Shown piece by piece: positions 40,943 through 50,425 of a stretch of 64,000 nt of DNA. Under the pieces are notes generated by a model. That model was not told the DNA's origin, made no database searches, and saw only the letters and a program-made list of their open reading frames with translations. The first letter of the stretch is position 1; each line of letters starts with the position of its first letter. The stretch comes from Candidatus Hydrogenedentota bacterium (GTDB lineage: Bacteria; Hydrogenedentota; Hydrogenedentia; Hydrogenedentales; SLHB01), in NCBI GenBank assembly GCA_035450225.1, contig DAOTMJ010000007.1:65698-129697 (forward strand). Reading direction: 5' to 3'. The translations under genes and the position numbers were made by a program.

Positions 40943-42775
40943 TTATCCTTCCCGGCGCAATGACTTGATGAGTTCGAGCAGTCGGTCTCCGACGTTTACA
41001 TGGCGGAGAATGCCGTGCTTGTCAATCAGCACGATTTGGGGGATGTAATGGATATCGTAGGCGCCGAAGGTCCGGAACGGTTCGGCGTCGCGGCCCACGG
41101 GGAATTCGATCCGGTATTCCTCGACATATCGCCGCACTTCGGCGGGTTCCTTGCCGCCGTCATGGATGCCGACAAGGGCCACCTCCGCATCGTCCTTGAG
41201 CAACACGTGGATTGCACGCAGTTCCTCGATGGTGTTGCGTCCCGCGGATCGTTCGTCGAATCCGCCCCAAAACAACAGGACGATCACGCGGCCCTTGAGC
41301 GATTCGAGCGTCAGGGGTTCCGAATTGAACCAGGTATCGCATGCGATGGGCGGCGCCGGACGATCCAGCATGTCCGTGAAGGGGTTGTCTCCCGGCAAGG
41401 TTTCGGCGCGCCGGGGATCGGCGTCGAAGGGTTTGAGTGTTGCCTGCAACGGTTTGGGGTCATCCAAGGTTGCGTTGAAATCCACGCGCCAGAAACGATC
41501 GGCGTGCTCGGCGCGAAACGGGACGGTGCGGTCGGGCGGCGCCTGCCGCAGGACAATGCGGAACCGTCCTTCGGTGTCCGGCAAGGCCCAAAGCGGCGGA
41601 TCCATTCCCCGCGTGGCGATGAGCACGCGCGATTCGGGTTGTCCTTCGGGCCCCGTGATCGCGCCTTCGATGATCGGCAATGCCTTCAACCGGACCGGCG
41701 CCAGTTCGAGTTTCAATGGATTCTCGGCCGCAATCCGAATATCGCCCCGGTGCTCGGTTTCATAGCCGTCCGGCGGCATGATGCGCAGGCGGCCTTCGAC
41801 GGGCGGCGCGCCCACTTCGAAACGCCCGTCCTGCCTCGTCAAGGTTTCGGCGCACAGTTCGTTTTCGATCCAATACGAAACCGGCGTTCCCGGACACGGT
41901 TTTCCATCGGGATACTGGATTACCCCGGACAACAGGCGCGGCGCTTCAAGTACGATATTCACGACGTTTTGTTTTTCGTCCGCGCCGGCCGAAATGCCCG
42001 CCGATCGCGGCGGGGCATAGGCGTGATGCGCCACCGCGACAAAGTAATCGCCGGGGAGGACCGTGACATGGTAATAACCGTCGGGATCGGTCAGTGCTTC
42101 CGCGGCGACACGCTGCGCGCCGGCGCCCGTGCGCAGAACGGTCACGCATGCACGCGCCACGCCGGCGCCGTTGTCCGCCGTGACGCGTCCCCGCAGTTTC
42201 ACGCCCGAATTGAGGATAATCGTCTGTTCCTTGTCCGAAACGGGCAGATACGCCACATGCGAATCGGCGTAGTCGCGATGCCCCACCACGAATTGGACGT
42301 GGCCGCCCTTGAGAAGCGCCGGAATCGCCAAGCGACCCTCGGCGTCGCTGCGCATCGGGGGAAATCCGTCCGTGCCCAAGCCGGACACCGGCACGTCGAA
42401 GGCGTCGGACACACGGAGATGGCGGATAAAGGCGCCCGCCACCGGTTCGAACGATTCGTTCTTGACACGTATTGCCAGCGAGGCCGCTTCGCCTAGCGCG
42501 AGAGTTACCGAACCGGAGCCGATGACGGCCGCCGTGTGGCCGCCGAGCGAGAAGCCCTCCTGGTAGGCCACAAGGACGGCGGGGCGCGGCGCCACGCCGC
42601 CGAATGCGAATGCACCGCCCGCATCCGTATCCACATGACGCGCCGTGTAATCCTGCCACAGCCATACCCGCGCGCCCGGCACGGGTTTTCCTTCCGGGCC
42701 AACGACCGCGCCGGTCACGTCGAAGGCGAACGCCGTTCCCGTGAAAAGAATCCAAAGGCAAAGAATCGTTAACAT
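40943..42775 (-). CDS. secreted protein with repeated carboxypeptidase-regulatory-like domains fused to a C-terminal TlpA/AhpC-TSA-like thioredoxin-fold domain
   Basis: Signal peptide at ATG 42775 (MLTILCLWILFTGTAFA); several CarbopepD_reg-like modules (GAVVGPEGKPVPGARVWL..., GRVTADNGAGVARACVTV...); C-terminal redoxin-like segment (GRVIVLLFWGGFDER... C..) but a clean CxxC is not obvious. Confidence 0.5.
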   Translation of the reverse strand: MLTILCLWILFTGTAFAFDVTGAVVGPEGKPVPGARVWLWQDYTARHVDTDAGGAFAFGGVAPRPAVLVAYQEGFSLGGHTAAVIGSGSVTLALGEAASLAIRVKNESFEPVAGAFIRHLRVSDAFDVPVSGLGTDGFPPMRSDAEGRLAIPALLKGGHVQFVVGHRDYADSHVAYLPVSDKEQTIILNSGVKLRGRVTADNGAGVARACVTVLRTGAGAQRVAAEALTDPDGYYHVTVLPGDYFVAVAHHAYAPPRSAGISAGADEKQNVVNIVLEAPRLLSGVIQYPDGKPCPGTPVSYWIENELCAETLTRQDGRFEVGAPPVEGRLRIMPPDGYETEHRGDIRIAAENPLKLELAPVRLKALPIIEGAITGPEGQPESRVLIATRGMDPPLWALPDTEGRFRIVLRQAPPDRTVPFRAEHADRFWRVDFNATLDDPKPLQATLKPFDADPRRAETLPGDNPFTDMLDRPAPPIACDTWFNSEPLTLESLKGRVIVLLFWGGFDERSAGRNTIEELRAIHVLLKDDAEVALVGIHDGGKEPAEVRRYVEEYRIEFPVGRDAEPFRTFGAYDIHYIPQIVLIDKHGILRHVNVGDRLLELIKSLRREG

Positions 42776-42906
42776 GGCTGATGCGGGGCGAGCCGTCGTG
42801 CCGTTGAGGCGTTTTTCGGCATGGCAACTGTTCATTCGACACTCCGGTATGCGTATAATGGCGACGCGGATCATTATAGCCGCTTGGCAACCCCAAGGAG
42901 AATGCC

Positions 42907-43764
42907 ATGTTTCACGCGCTTTGGCTGACCGCCGTGCTGGCGGCATCCGGCGATGCCATCGTTTCCGGAAGCGTTGAAAAAATCGCCACGGGATTCCAGT
43001 TTACCGAAGGGCCGCTGTGGACCGCGGAGACAGGCCTGATATTCAGCGACATTCCTGCCGACACGATTTTCCGCGCAGACCAATCGGTGTTTCGCAAACC
43101 CAGCGGAAATTCCAACGGTCTCGGCGCCGATCGCGAGGGCCGGCTGATTGCCTGCGAACATGGCAACCGCCGCGTCTCGCGCACCGAAAAGGACGGAAAC
43201 GTCGTAACGCTGGCCGATCGCTACCTGGGACGGCGCCTGAACAGTCCGAACGATCTCGCCATTCGCTCCGATGGACGCCTCTTCTTCACCGACCCGCCCT
43301 ATGGCGTCAAGCCGGAAGACCGCGAACTGCCGTTCTGCGGAGTGTACTCGATTGCGCCGGACGGAACCCTGACGCTGCTTTCCGTTTATTTCCGGTCGCC
43401 CAACGGCCTCGCGTTTTCACCGGATGAGAAAACGCTGTACATCGGCGATTCCGCGGACGATTTCATCGAGGCCTTCGACGTCTCGGAGGACGGCCGCCTG
43501 ATCAACGGCCGGTTCTTCGCCAACGTACCCACGCCCGACGGCATGAAAGTGGATGGCCGTGGGCGGTTGTGGGTAACCGCGAAAGACGGCGTTCGCGTGT
43601 ACAATCCGGATGGTCAATTGGCCGCGACCGTGGCCGTGCCGGAACAACCGTCCAATTGCGCGTTCGGCGATCCCGGCGGCGGAACGCTTTACATCACGGC
43701 GCGCACGAGCGTGTACAAGGCGCTTTGCGCCGGACTGGACGAAACAAAGGGGGAGAAGCCGTGA
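42907..43764 (+). CDS. SMP-30/gluconolactonase/LRE-like family lactonase
   Basis: 285 aa six-bladed-propeller lactonase pattern (EGPLW ... NSPNDLAIRSDGRLFFTDP ... PNGLAFSPDEKTLYIGDS). Confidence 0.85.
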   Translation: MFHALWLTAVLAASGDAIVSGSVEKIATGFQFTEGPLWTAETGLIFSDIPADTIFRADQSVFRKPSGNSNGLGADREGRLIACEHGNRRVSRTEKDGNVVTLADRYLGRRLNSPNDLAIRSDGRLFFTDPPYGVKPEDRELPFCGVYSIAPDGTLTLLSVYFRSPNGLAFSPDEKTLYIGDSADDFIEAFDVSEDGRLINGRFFANVPTPDGMKVDGRGRLWVTAKDGVRVYNPDGQLAATVAVPEQPSNCAFGDPGGGTLYITARTSVYKALCAGLDETKGEKP

Positions 43765-44870
43765 AAATCGTGTCCGTCGAGGCGTTTCCCGCGCCGCCGC
43801 GGTGGGTTTTTTGCAAGATTCAAACGGACGAGGGTATTACCGGCTGGGGCGAGGCCAGCCTTGAAGGCCACGCCGCGACCCAGGTGGCCGCGGTGCATCA
43901 ACAGCGCCCGATTCTAATCGGCGAGGATCCCCGGCGCATCGAATACCTGTGGCAGGGCATGTACCGCGCGGGATTCTATCGGGGCGGACCGGTCATGATG
44001 AGCGCAATCAGCGGCATTGACCAAGCCCTGTGGGACATTTTCGGAAAGTCGGCGGGCCTGCCCGTTTACCAGTTGCTCGGCGGGGCGTGCCGCGACAAGG
44101 TGCGCGTGTACGGCGGATGCGGCGGCGACACGCCGGAAGCCGTTCGCGACAGCGCGCGGGCATGCGTCGAGTCGGGATTCTCGGCGATGAAATTCTGTCC
44201 CTGCGACGAGATGGAAATCGTGGACGGTCTCGATACGATCAAAAAGGTCGAGGCGCGCATGGCGGCGGCTCGCGAGGGCGCGGGCGATGCCGACATTGCG
44301 CTGGATTTCCACGGGCGCGTGTCGCCCGCCATGGCGATTGCGCTGGCGGATGCGCTGAAGCCCTACCGTCCGTATTTCATCGAGGAACCGGTCCAGTGCG
44401 AGAATGTGGACGCGCTCGTCCGCGTGGCGCGGGCGACCCCGATTCCCATCGCGACCGGCGAGCGGCTGTACGGCCGCCATGGATTCCGGGAAGTCATCGA
44501 AAAAGAGGCCGCGGCCATCCTGCAGCCGGATCTGTGCCATGCGGGCGGGATTACCGAGGCGCGCAAAATCGCCGCAATGGCCGAAACCCACTACATGGCC
44601 GTCGCGCCACATTGTCCATTGGGCCCGATAGCACTCGCGGCCTGCATCCAGTTCGCGATGTGCACGCCGAACTTTCTCATCCAGGAGCACGGCCATCTCG
44701 GCGAAGGTTATATCCGGAATCCGTTTTCCGACAAGGGCGGCTACCTGTCCGTGCCCGACGCCCCCGGCCTCGGCATCGAGGTGGACGAAGACGCCGTGCG
44801 CGCCATGCCCTGGACCGAGTGGGAAACGCCGCGCCTGTTCCATTCGGACGGCAGCGTCGCGGACTGGTAA
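43761..44870 (+). CDS. dgoD: D-galactonate dehydratase (enolase superfamily, MR/MLE family)
   Basis: GTG 43761 after AAAGGGGGAG, overlapping the lactonase stop by 4 nt; VKIVSVEAFPAPPRWVFCKIQTDEGITGWGEASLEG and YRGGPVMMSAISGIDQALWDI closely match DgoD. Confidence 0.85.
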   Translation: MKIVSVEAFPAPPRWVFCKIQTDEGITGWGEASLEGHAATQVAAVHQQRPILIGEDPRRIEYLWQGMYRAGFYRGGPVMMSAISGIDQALWDIFGKSAGLPVYQLLGGACRDKVRVYGGCGGDTPEAVRDSARACVESGFSAMKFCPCDEMEIVDGLDTIKKVEARMAAAREGAGDADIALDFHGRVSPAMAIALADALKPYRPYFIEEPVQCENVDALVRVARATPIPIATGERLYGRHGFREVIEKEAAAILQPDLCHAGGITEARKIAAMAETHYMAVAPHCPLGPIALAACIQFAMCTPNFLIQEHGHLGEGYIRNPFSDKGGYLSVPDAPGLGIEVDEDAVRAMPWTEWETPRLFHSDGSVADW

Positions 44871-44901
44871 ACGAAAAAAAACGAGAGAGGAACCTGAAAC
44901 C

Positions 44902-46680
44902 ATGTTGTTGTCCGTATGTATCGCCATGGGTTTCGTGGCCGCGCAGCCGTTGATCGTTCTCGATATGGAAAAGTGCCTGGCCGGCATGGGCGGCGACACG
45001 GTTCTCAAGTACGATGCGCTGAAGTTCGCGGGTGCGCTACAGGGTCTCGTCAACCGCGAAGAACCGCGCCTGCTCCTCCGTTTTCTTGGCGGGATGGGAC
45101 CCAACGGCCCCATCAATGTGGACGACTACTGGCTGTCGCGCATGCGGGAATCGTGGCTGTCGGATCGTCCCGTGGAACGTATCGAAACCCTCGATGCGTT
45201 GTTCGACCGTTTTCCGGAAGCGTCGGGCGGCGTCGTATTGTGGGATCAGGAAGTGCCCGCGACGGCCAATGTCGCCTCGACGGTTTGCGGCGTCAAAGGC
45301 TGGCTGCCGGTCCGCGCGGATGGTGAACTGTACAAACGTCTTGTAGACGCCGGCCCAAAACTGCCGGTCAAAATGTCGCTTGTAGGCCTGTTTGACGGAT
45401 CGGAGACGGGCAGCAAAAAATGCGACGCGTACCGCTGGGCGCAGCGCGAGTTTCTCGACAAGGGCCTCTGCAACGACGCCCTGATGGCGTACTATATTGA
45501 CGGATATTCCCAGGAACCCGGCAAGCCGGGCTTTCATTATCCCGACCTCGCCAACGCCGGCCTCGTAAATGCGGATTACTATATTGCGCGCAGGGCGTTC
45601 TTCTTCGATCTGAGTCCGTGGGACGACGAGGCGCCCGTTGACGATCCTGGGCAGAAACCGGGCACGGACTGCGCCACGTTGCGCGGCCTACTCGCCTCGC
45701 TCCACCGATTGAACGGCGGAAAAAAGATGGCCACCGTGGGCGGATTCGTCCCATGGAACCTGAAATACACGAACTTCGGCCCGGCGGGCAGCCAGCACGA
45801 ACCCGTCCCCGCCGAATGGACCTATGCCGCGATCCTGTCGTCGTACAATGCCATCATGGACGCCGACGCGCTGGGGCTTGTGGGCATGGCGAATGCCTCG
45901 GCCTACGGCCATTTCCCCTTGAAAAAGCGGTACAAACAGAATCCGCGCCCTGCGCCGCAACCGCTCGAACCCAAGACCTATGTGCTCGTCTATATGGGCG
46001 ATTACGATTCGGCGGCATGGCTTTCGAGCAGCATTCCGAACGTGTGGGACGATCCCGCCCGGGGTTCGATGCCGATCGCATGGGCCTTCAATCCCAACCT
46101 CGCCGACCGCGCGCCGTACGTGTTCGACTATGTTTACCGCACAAAATCGCCGAACGACTGGTTTATCGCGGGCGATTCCGGCGCGGGTTATCTGAACCCG
46201 AATCTACTCGCCGGCGACCGGCTCGGCAGCGGGTTGCCCGATGCGCTGGAACTCTGGACACGGCACAACAAGGCCTATTTCAAACGGTTTGATTATTCGA
46301 TTACCGGTTTCGTGATCAACGGGTTCCACGGCAACATGCCGCTTCGCATCCAGGAAGCGTACACGCGTTTTTCGCCCGACGGCGTCGGCATGCAGTTGGG
46401 ATTCAAGAAATCCGTTGTGGGAAAAACGCCTTTCGTGCGGCATGTTTCCGACATCTATCCGGACCTGAACGACCTCGACAAGACCGCCGCGCAAATGGCG
46501 CATTTCGCACGGTCCGGGAAACCGCAATTCCTGATCTATCGCATGATTCTGCAAAAGCCCTCAACGCTCGCCGCCGTTCGCGATCGCCTGGAAACAAAAT
46601 ACCCCGAACACCGCTGGCTGTTCTGCGACCCGTATACCTTCTTCGACCTCTACCGCCGCGCCATCCCAAGCCAAAAGTGA
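44902..46680 (+). CDS. hypothetical secreted protein (592 aa), function unknown
   Basis: Long ORF with good coding periodicity, RBS-like GAGAGAGG upstream, N-terminal hydrophobic segment; no family recognised. Confidence 0.4.
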   Translation: MLLSVCIAMGFVAAQPLIVLDMEKCLAGMGGDTVLKYDALKFAGALQGLVNREEPRLLLRFLGGMGPNGPINVDDYWLSRMRESWLSDRPVERIETLDALFDRFPEASGGVVLWDQEVPATANVASTVCGVKGWLPVRADGELYKRLVDAGPKLPVKMSLVGLFDGSETGSKKCDAYRWAQREFLDKGLCNDALMAYYIDGYSQEPGKPGFHYPDLANAGLVNADYYIARRAFFFDLSPWDDEAPVDDPGQKPGTDCATLRGLLASLHRLNGGKKMATVGGFVPWNLKYTNFGPAGSQHEPVPAEWTYAAILSSYNAIMDADALGLVGMANASAYGHFPLKKRYKQNPRPAPQPLEPKTYVLVYMGDYDSAAWLSSSIPNVWDDPARGSMPIAWAFNPNLADRAPYVFDYVYRTKSPNDWFIAGDSGAGYLNPNLLAGDRLGSGLPDALELWTRHNKAYFKRFDYSITGFVINGFHGNMPLRIQEAYTRFSPDGVGMQLGFKKSVVGKTPFVRHVSDIYPDLNDLDKTAAQMAHFARSGKPQFLIYRMILQKPSTLAAVRDRLETKYPEHRWLFCDPYTFFDLYRRAIPSQK

Positions 46681-46687
46681 GGCGAAT

Positions 46688-46852
46688 CTATCCGTTGAAG
46701 GGCGAGAATTTTTCTTTTCCCACGCCGCAAATCGGGCAGACCCAGTCGTCCGGGATGTCTTCCCACTTGGTGCCCGGCTCGATGCCTGAATCCGGATGGC
46801 CCTCCTCCGGATCGTAAACCCAAAGGCAGATATCGCAAATGTACTTCTGCAT
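46688..46852 (-). CDS. rubredoxin (54 aa), absent from the supplied ORF track
   Basis: Hand translation: [54 protein letters not shown] with CxxC...CPxCG iron-binding motifs; GGAGGTG RBS 7 nt upstream of the ATG. Confidence 0.85.
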   Translation of the reverse strand: MQKYICDICLWVYDPEEGHPDSGIEPGTKWEDIPDDWVCPICGVGKEKFSPFNG

Positions 46853-46917
46853 GTTTTCACCTCCGGCCCGTGCCGTTTCTCGTTCCGGCGGCCATTATAA
46901 TCATCGCGCGCCGCCGG

Positions 46918-46965
46918 AACAAAAACCGCGCCGGTTCCGTTTGCAGGCAAGCGGAACCGGCGCGG
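46918..46965 (-). terminator. Rho-independent terminator (14-bp perfect GC-rich stem, minus-strand U-run)
   Basis: Stem 46926-46939 CCGCGCCGGTTCCG pairs with 46952-46965 CGGAACCGGCGCGG; on the minus strand it is followed by TTTTTGTT (plus-strand AACAAAAA 46918-46925); immediately after the vWA gene stop. Confidence 0.6.
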
Positions 46966-46980
46966 CGGATTGCGTTGGCG

Positions 46981-49392
46981 TCACGTCGCGGGCGGTTCGA
47001 CGCGCGTGACAAAATCGAGGTTGCAGACCGCCAGGAGGTCCTGAATGCGCACGCGGGCCAGGATGCGTTTGCCTGAAACTGTTTGCGAAACAACGCGGAC
47101 GCCGAGTTGTTCGAGTCTCGCGACGTTTTCCGGCGTGAGATCGCTTACGCGAATCACGACGTTCACATAGCCGTATTCCACCTTGACGGCGCCTTGCCGA
47201 TACGAGCCGTTGACGACTTTGCTTTCGAGGGAAGTCAGCGCCGAGTCGAGTTTCGGATGGGTGTACGATGCCGTTCCGGCAGCCGCCGTTTCCTGTCTGG
47301 CCGCTTGCCGGTTTGCACGACTGCCGCTCGTCATTGCCGGAACCGAGCCGGGCAGCGCTTCGCAGACGGCATCCGAGTCAATCCCGCTTTTGGCGGGCGC
47401 ATACGCGGCGCGTGGCGCATATCCTAAACCCTTGCCGCATGCGCGCGCGTCCCGTTCCCCGAACACGCCTTCGTAACTGACGCCGTCAGTCATTTCGACG
47501 GGCACGTCCACGCGCTGCGTTTGTCCGCCCTGGTTGACGATTTTTTCCTCGACGGCGACGAAACTCGTGAATGGCGTCATAATGCAAAACGTGACGCCGA
47601 GATCCGTAATCGCCTGCTCGATGTCCGGACGGGGGCGGCCCTGCTGCATGCCGCGCCAGTCGTCGTTCATGAGCGCATCCACGTGCGCCCGCGCCCACAG
47701 CGGCGCGAGCATGTCGTGTTCCGGCGCCTCGCGGGGCAATTCAAGGGATATCGCGCGTTCGAAGGGACCGGCGGACGTCCGGCCGCGCAGTACGACGGTT
47801 CCGTGCGCCGGTCCGTCGTACCGCCCGCACAGCACGAGGGGTTCGGCGGCGAACAGGTCGGGGATCGCGTCCGGCGACGGATGGATATCGTACAGGGGCG
47901 CACCGTTCAGATTGACGGTGATGTCGGTCAGGACGGGGCTGTGAATGCGCTCATGGAAACGCCGGACGGCCTCGTCGGATTTCGATTCGAGCGTTACGAT
48001 CTCGGCGGCGCCGCGTCCCGTGCGGGCCATGCCTTCGATGAGGAAGCGGTTGACGCCGTTGCCGATGCCGAACGCGAACACGCGCGCCTGATTCGCGTTG
48101 TCCTTTATCGCGCCGAGGATTTCCATGTCGTTTCCGATAAAGCCATCGGTCATGAAACAAACGGTGCGGAGGCGTTCGGGATCGCGCGGTCCGCCGAGCG
48201 CGGCGAGGATCGCGGGCATCATCTCGGTGCCGCCGCCGCCCTGGAGTCGTTCAAGGTAGCGTAACGCCGCTGCGCGGTTCCCATCCGTGTTTGGCACGAC
48301 GTTCGGAAAACAGTAGCCCGTGCCGCCCGCGAACGAAATCAGGTTGAACGTGTCGTGCGGATTCATCTGTTCGATGCAGCGTTTCATCGTTTCCTTGGCC
48401 TTTTCGATGGGAAAGCCGCTCATCGAACCGCTGCAATCAATGACGAAGATCATTTCCTTCGGCGTGGCCTGTTCCGGCGCGACGCGTTCCGGCGGCTGAA
48501 GGAAAAGCATGAAGAATCCGCCGCGCACGCTGCTGTGCGCGAGGACCGCGTCGCGGACGTCCGGCGCGGACACTGCGTATCGAAGAATGAAATCGCGGTT
48601 GGGGATGTCTTTGCGGGCACGCAATTGCACGACGGCCTGTTGCGGCGCGGGACGTTCGATGTCCACTTCATGTAGTTCGGACTGGACGTCCTGGATGGGC
48701 AGACCCGCGTCAATGTTGACCTTCACGGAAATGTCGTGTCCGGCGCGCGTCCCTTCCGGCGTAACGGGTGGCGTAATCCTCGACGCATCGGGAACCTGGG
48801 TTGTTCCGGCGACGCGGCCTTTGAGGGAATTCGGGGCCGACGAGCCGGGGATGTAGCGCGGCCCGACGACCATCGGATAGGCGAACGTGTATTGTCCGTC
48901 GCGGAACGGCAGCCTTTCGACATAGGATATCTCGATTTCGATCCGGTCGCCCGGGAGAATGTTCGCCACGGACTGTGTGAAAATGTTCGGGCGATCCTGA
49001 TCGAGCAGGCTTGCCGTCTTGCCCGCCTGGCGTGCCGCGTCGTACATGCGCCGCGCTTCCCCCCGTGGTTTTACAATGCCCTTGATGACCCGATCGCCGA
49101 TATGCATCGTCATGCGATCCACTGCCGCGTTTTCCGGAAGCGGAAACGTGTAGACGGCTTCGATGGGCGTCGTGAACGTGTTCCCGAATTGTTGCGTGAC
49201 GGTCACGCGGGCGATGAATCCGGCAATGTCCGCCGCGACATTCGTGTGCTGCAACGGGCACGCGCCGAGCGGGCGGTTGTCGCGGTCCATGGCATACAGG
49301 CCGCCTTCCGTGGGCGCTTCGGCAAATACCGCGCACGCCGCCAGCAACAACAGGGCGGCGGCGCCTATCGTGGTTTGTTGAATCGTGTTCAT
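46981..49392 (-). CDS. VIT domain plus von Willebrand factor type A (vWA) domain secreted protein
   Basis: Signal peptide at ATG 49392 (MNTIQQTTIGAAALLLLAACAVFA); VIT-like N-terminal region; MIDAS motif in FVIDCSGSMSG with downstream T and D residues. Confidence 0.8.
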   Translation of the reverse strand: MNTIQQTTIGAAALLLLAACAVFAEAPTEGGLYAMDRDNRPLGACPLQHTNVAADIAGFIARVTVTQQFGNTFTTPIEAVYTFPLPENAAVDRMTMHIGDRVIKGIVKPRGEARRMYDAARQAGKTASLLDQDRPNIFTQSVANILPGDRIEIEISYVERLPFRDGQYTFAYPMVVGPRYIPGSSAPNSLKGRVAGTTQVPDASRITPPVTPEGTRAGHDISVKVNIDAGLPIQDVQSELHEVDIERPAPQQAVVQLRARKDIPNRDFILRYAVSAPDVRDAVLAHSSVRGGFFMLFLQPPERVAPEQATPKEMIFVIDCSGSMSGFPIEKAKETMKRCIEQMNPHDTFNLISFAGGTGYCFPNVVPNTDGNRAAALRYLERLQGGGGTEMMPAILAALGGPRDPERLRTVCFMTDGFIGNDMEILGAIKDNANQARVFAFGIGNGVNRFLIEGMARTGRGAAEIVTLESKSDEAVRRFHERIHSPVLTDITVNLNGAPLYDIHPSPDAIPDLFAAEPLVLCGRYDGPAHGTVVLRGRTSAGPFERAISLELPREAPEHDMLAPLWARAHVDALMNDDWRGMQQGRPRPDIEQAITDLGVTFCIMTPFTSFVAVEEKIVNQGGQTQRVDVPVEMTDGVSYEGVFGERDARACGKGLGYAPRAAYAPAKSGIDSDAVCEALPGSVPAMTSGSRANRQAARQETAAAGTASYTHPKLDSALTSLESKVVNGSYRQGAVKVEYGYVNVVIRVSDLTPENVARLEQLGVRVVSQTVSGKRILARVRIQDLLAVCNLDFVTRVEPPAT

Positions 49393-49530
49393 GGGCGTTT
49401 CCTTTCGTGTTCCCGCCGGGCGGGTTTTATCGTCTTTTCGCTTCATTCGACACCGTTGAACGCGCAAGGTTCGCGAAAAACGGCCCTTGTGTGGTAAAGT
49501 CGAATCAAAACAGGCAAGGGAGGATGCACG

Positions 49531-50157
49531 TTGGCGACATTGAACGCGTTGGTGGCCGTGGGTTGTTTGGTCGTCGTTCAACTGACCAATCCGGCGTTGA
49601 CGGCCGGTTCGGTCGCCGTACCGCCCGGCGGCGGCGCGGCTGTCCCCATTACGTTGCAAACCAACGGAACGGCACCCTCCGTTGCGGCCATGAAACTTTA
49701 TTTCGATGCGGCCGCCATTCAGTTTGTGTCCGCGGAAGAAGGCCCGGCGGCCGTGGCCGCCGGCAAAACGGTTTCATCCAACGTGCCGGAAACCGGCGTC
49801 CTCCATCTTGTGTTTTGGGGAATCAATGCCAACGCCATGCCGAACGGCGCCCTTGCCACGCTCCATTTTACGGCGTTGCCCAACGCGTCCTTGGGTGATT
49901 ATCCGCTGTCCTTCGACAATGCCAGCATGTCGGATGTAAACGGATTCCCGCTTGCGCCATTGGTTGTCCATGGCGTTATCCGCGTTCAGGAAGGCGGCGA
50001 GGGAGAGGGCGAAGGGGAAGGAGAGGGAGAGGGGGAAGGGGAAAACGGTTGTGTCGGTCTTGCGGGAAGCAGCGGCGCCTCGACGCCCCCGGTCTTTTGG
50101 GCGTTTCTTTTTATCATGCCCGTTGCATGGAAAAAATTCGGGAAGCGGGCCGCCTGA
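49531..50157 (+). CDS. cohesin-like domain protein with (Gly-Glu)n linker and C-terminal hydrophobic+basic sorting-signal-like tail
   Basis: TTG start 8 nt after AAGGGAGG; cohesin-like beta-sandwich pattern (AVPITLQT...MKLYFDAAAIQFVSAEEG...LHFTALP...YPLSFDN...); C-terminus PPVFWAFLFIMPVAWKKFGKRAA. Confidence 0.5.
   Translation: MATLNALVAVGCLVVVQLTNPALTAGSVAVPPGGGAAVPITLQTNGTAPSVAAMKLYFDAAAIQFVSAEEGPAAVAAGKTVSSNVPETGVLHLVFWGINANAMPNGALATLHFTALPNASLGDYPLSFDNASMSDVNGFPLAPLVVHGVIRVQEGGEGEGEGEGEGEGEGENGCVGLAGSSGASTPPVFWAFLFIMPVAWKKFGKRAA
49990..50043 (+). repeat. (GGN-GAR)n simple repeat encoding (Gly-Glu)9
   Basis: Direct reading of purine-rich gag/gga/ggg/gaa iterations inside the cohesin-like ORF. 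Confidence 0.8.
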
Positions 50158-50425
50158 TCAAAAGGCAAGATGTCATGGCTGTCCAAATAAGACTGACAGG
50201 GGCATTGCCCACAACCCGGTTTCTCTTCGTGCCCGTCATCGTGCTCGACGATCGCGGATTGATGTTTCCGATTTCCAATCCCAACAAACCGGGCGTGATG
50301 GCGGACCGTCGCCGGAAACCCGTTTGATCTTGTTTCCGGGCTTATGCGAAACCGGCTTGGATGACATTGCGCGTGCGAGGTGGTATTATCCGTTGTGAAA
50401 CGTGTGGCATGCGGCGGGAGACCCC

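Noticed and set aside
49990-50043. Purine-rich tandem repeat as a CRISPR array or VNTR
   Set aside because: The periodicity is 6 nt, with no spacers, inside a coding frame (Gly-Glu linker); no CRISPR-like repeat-spacer structure anywhere in the window.
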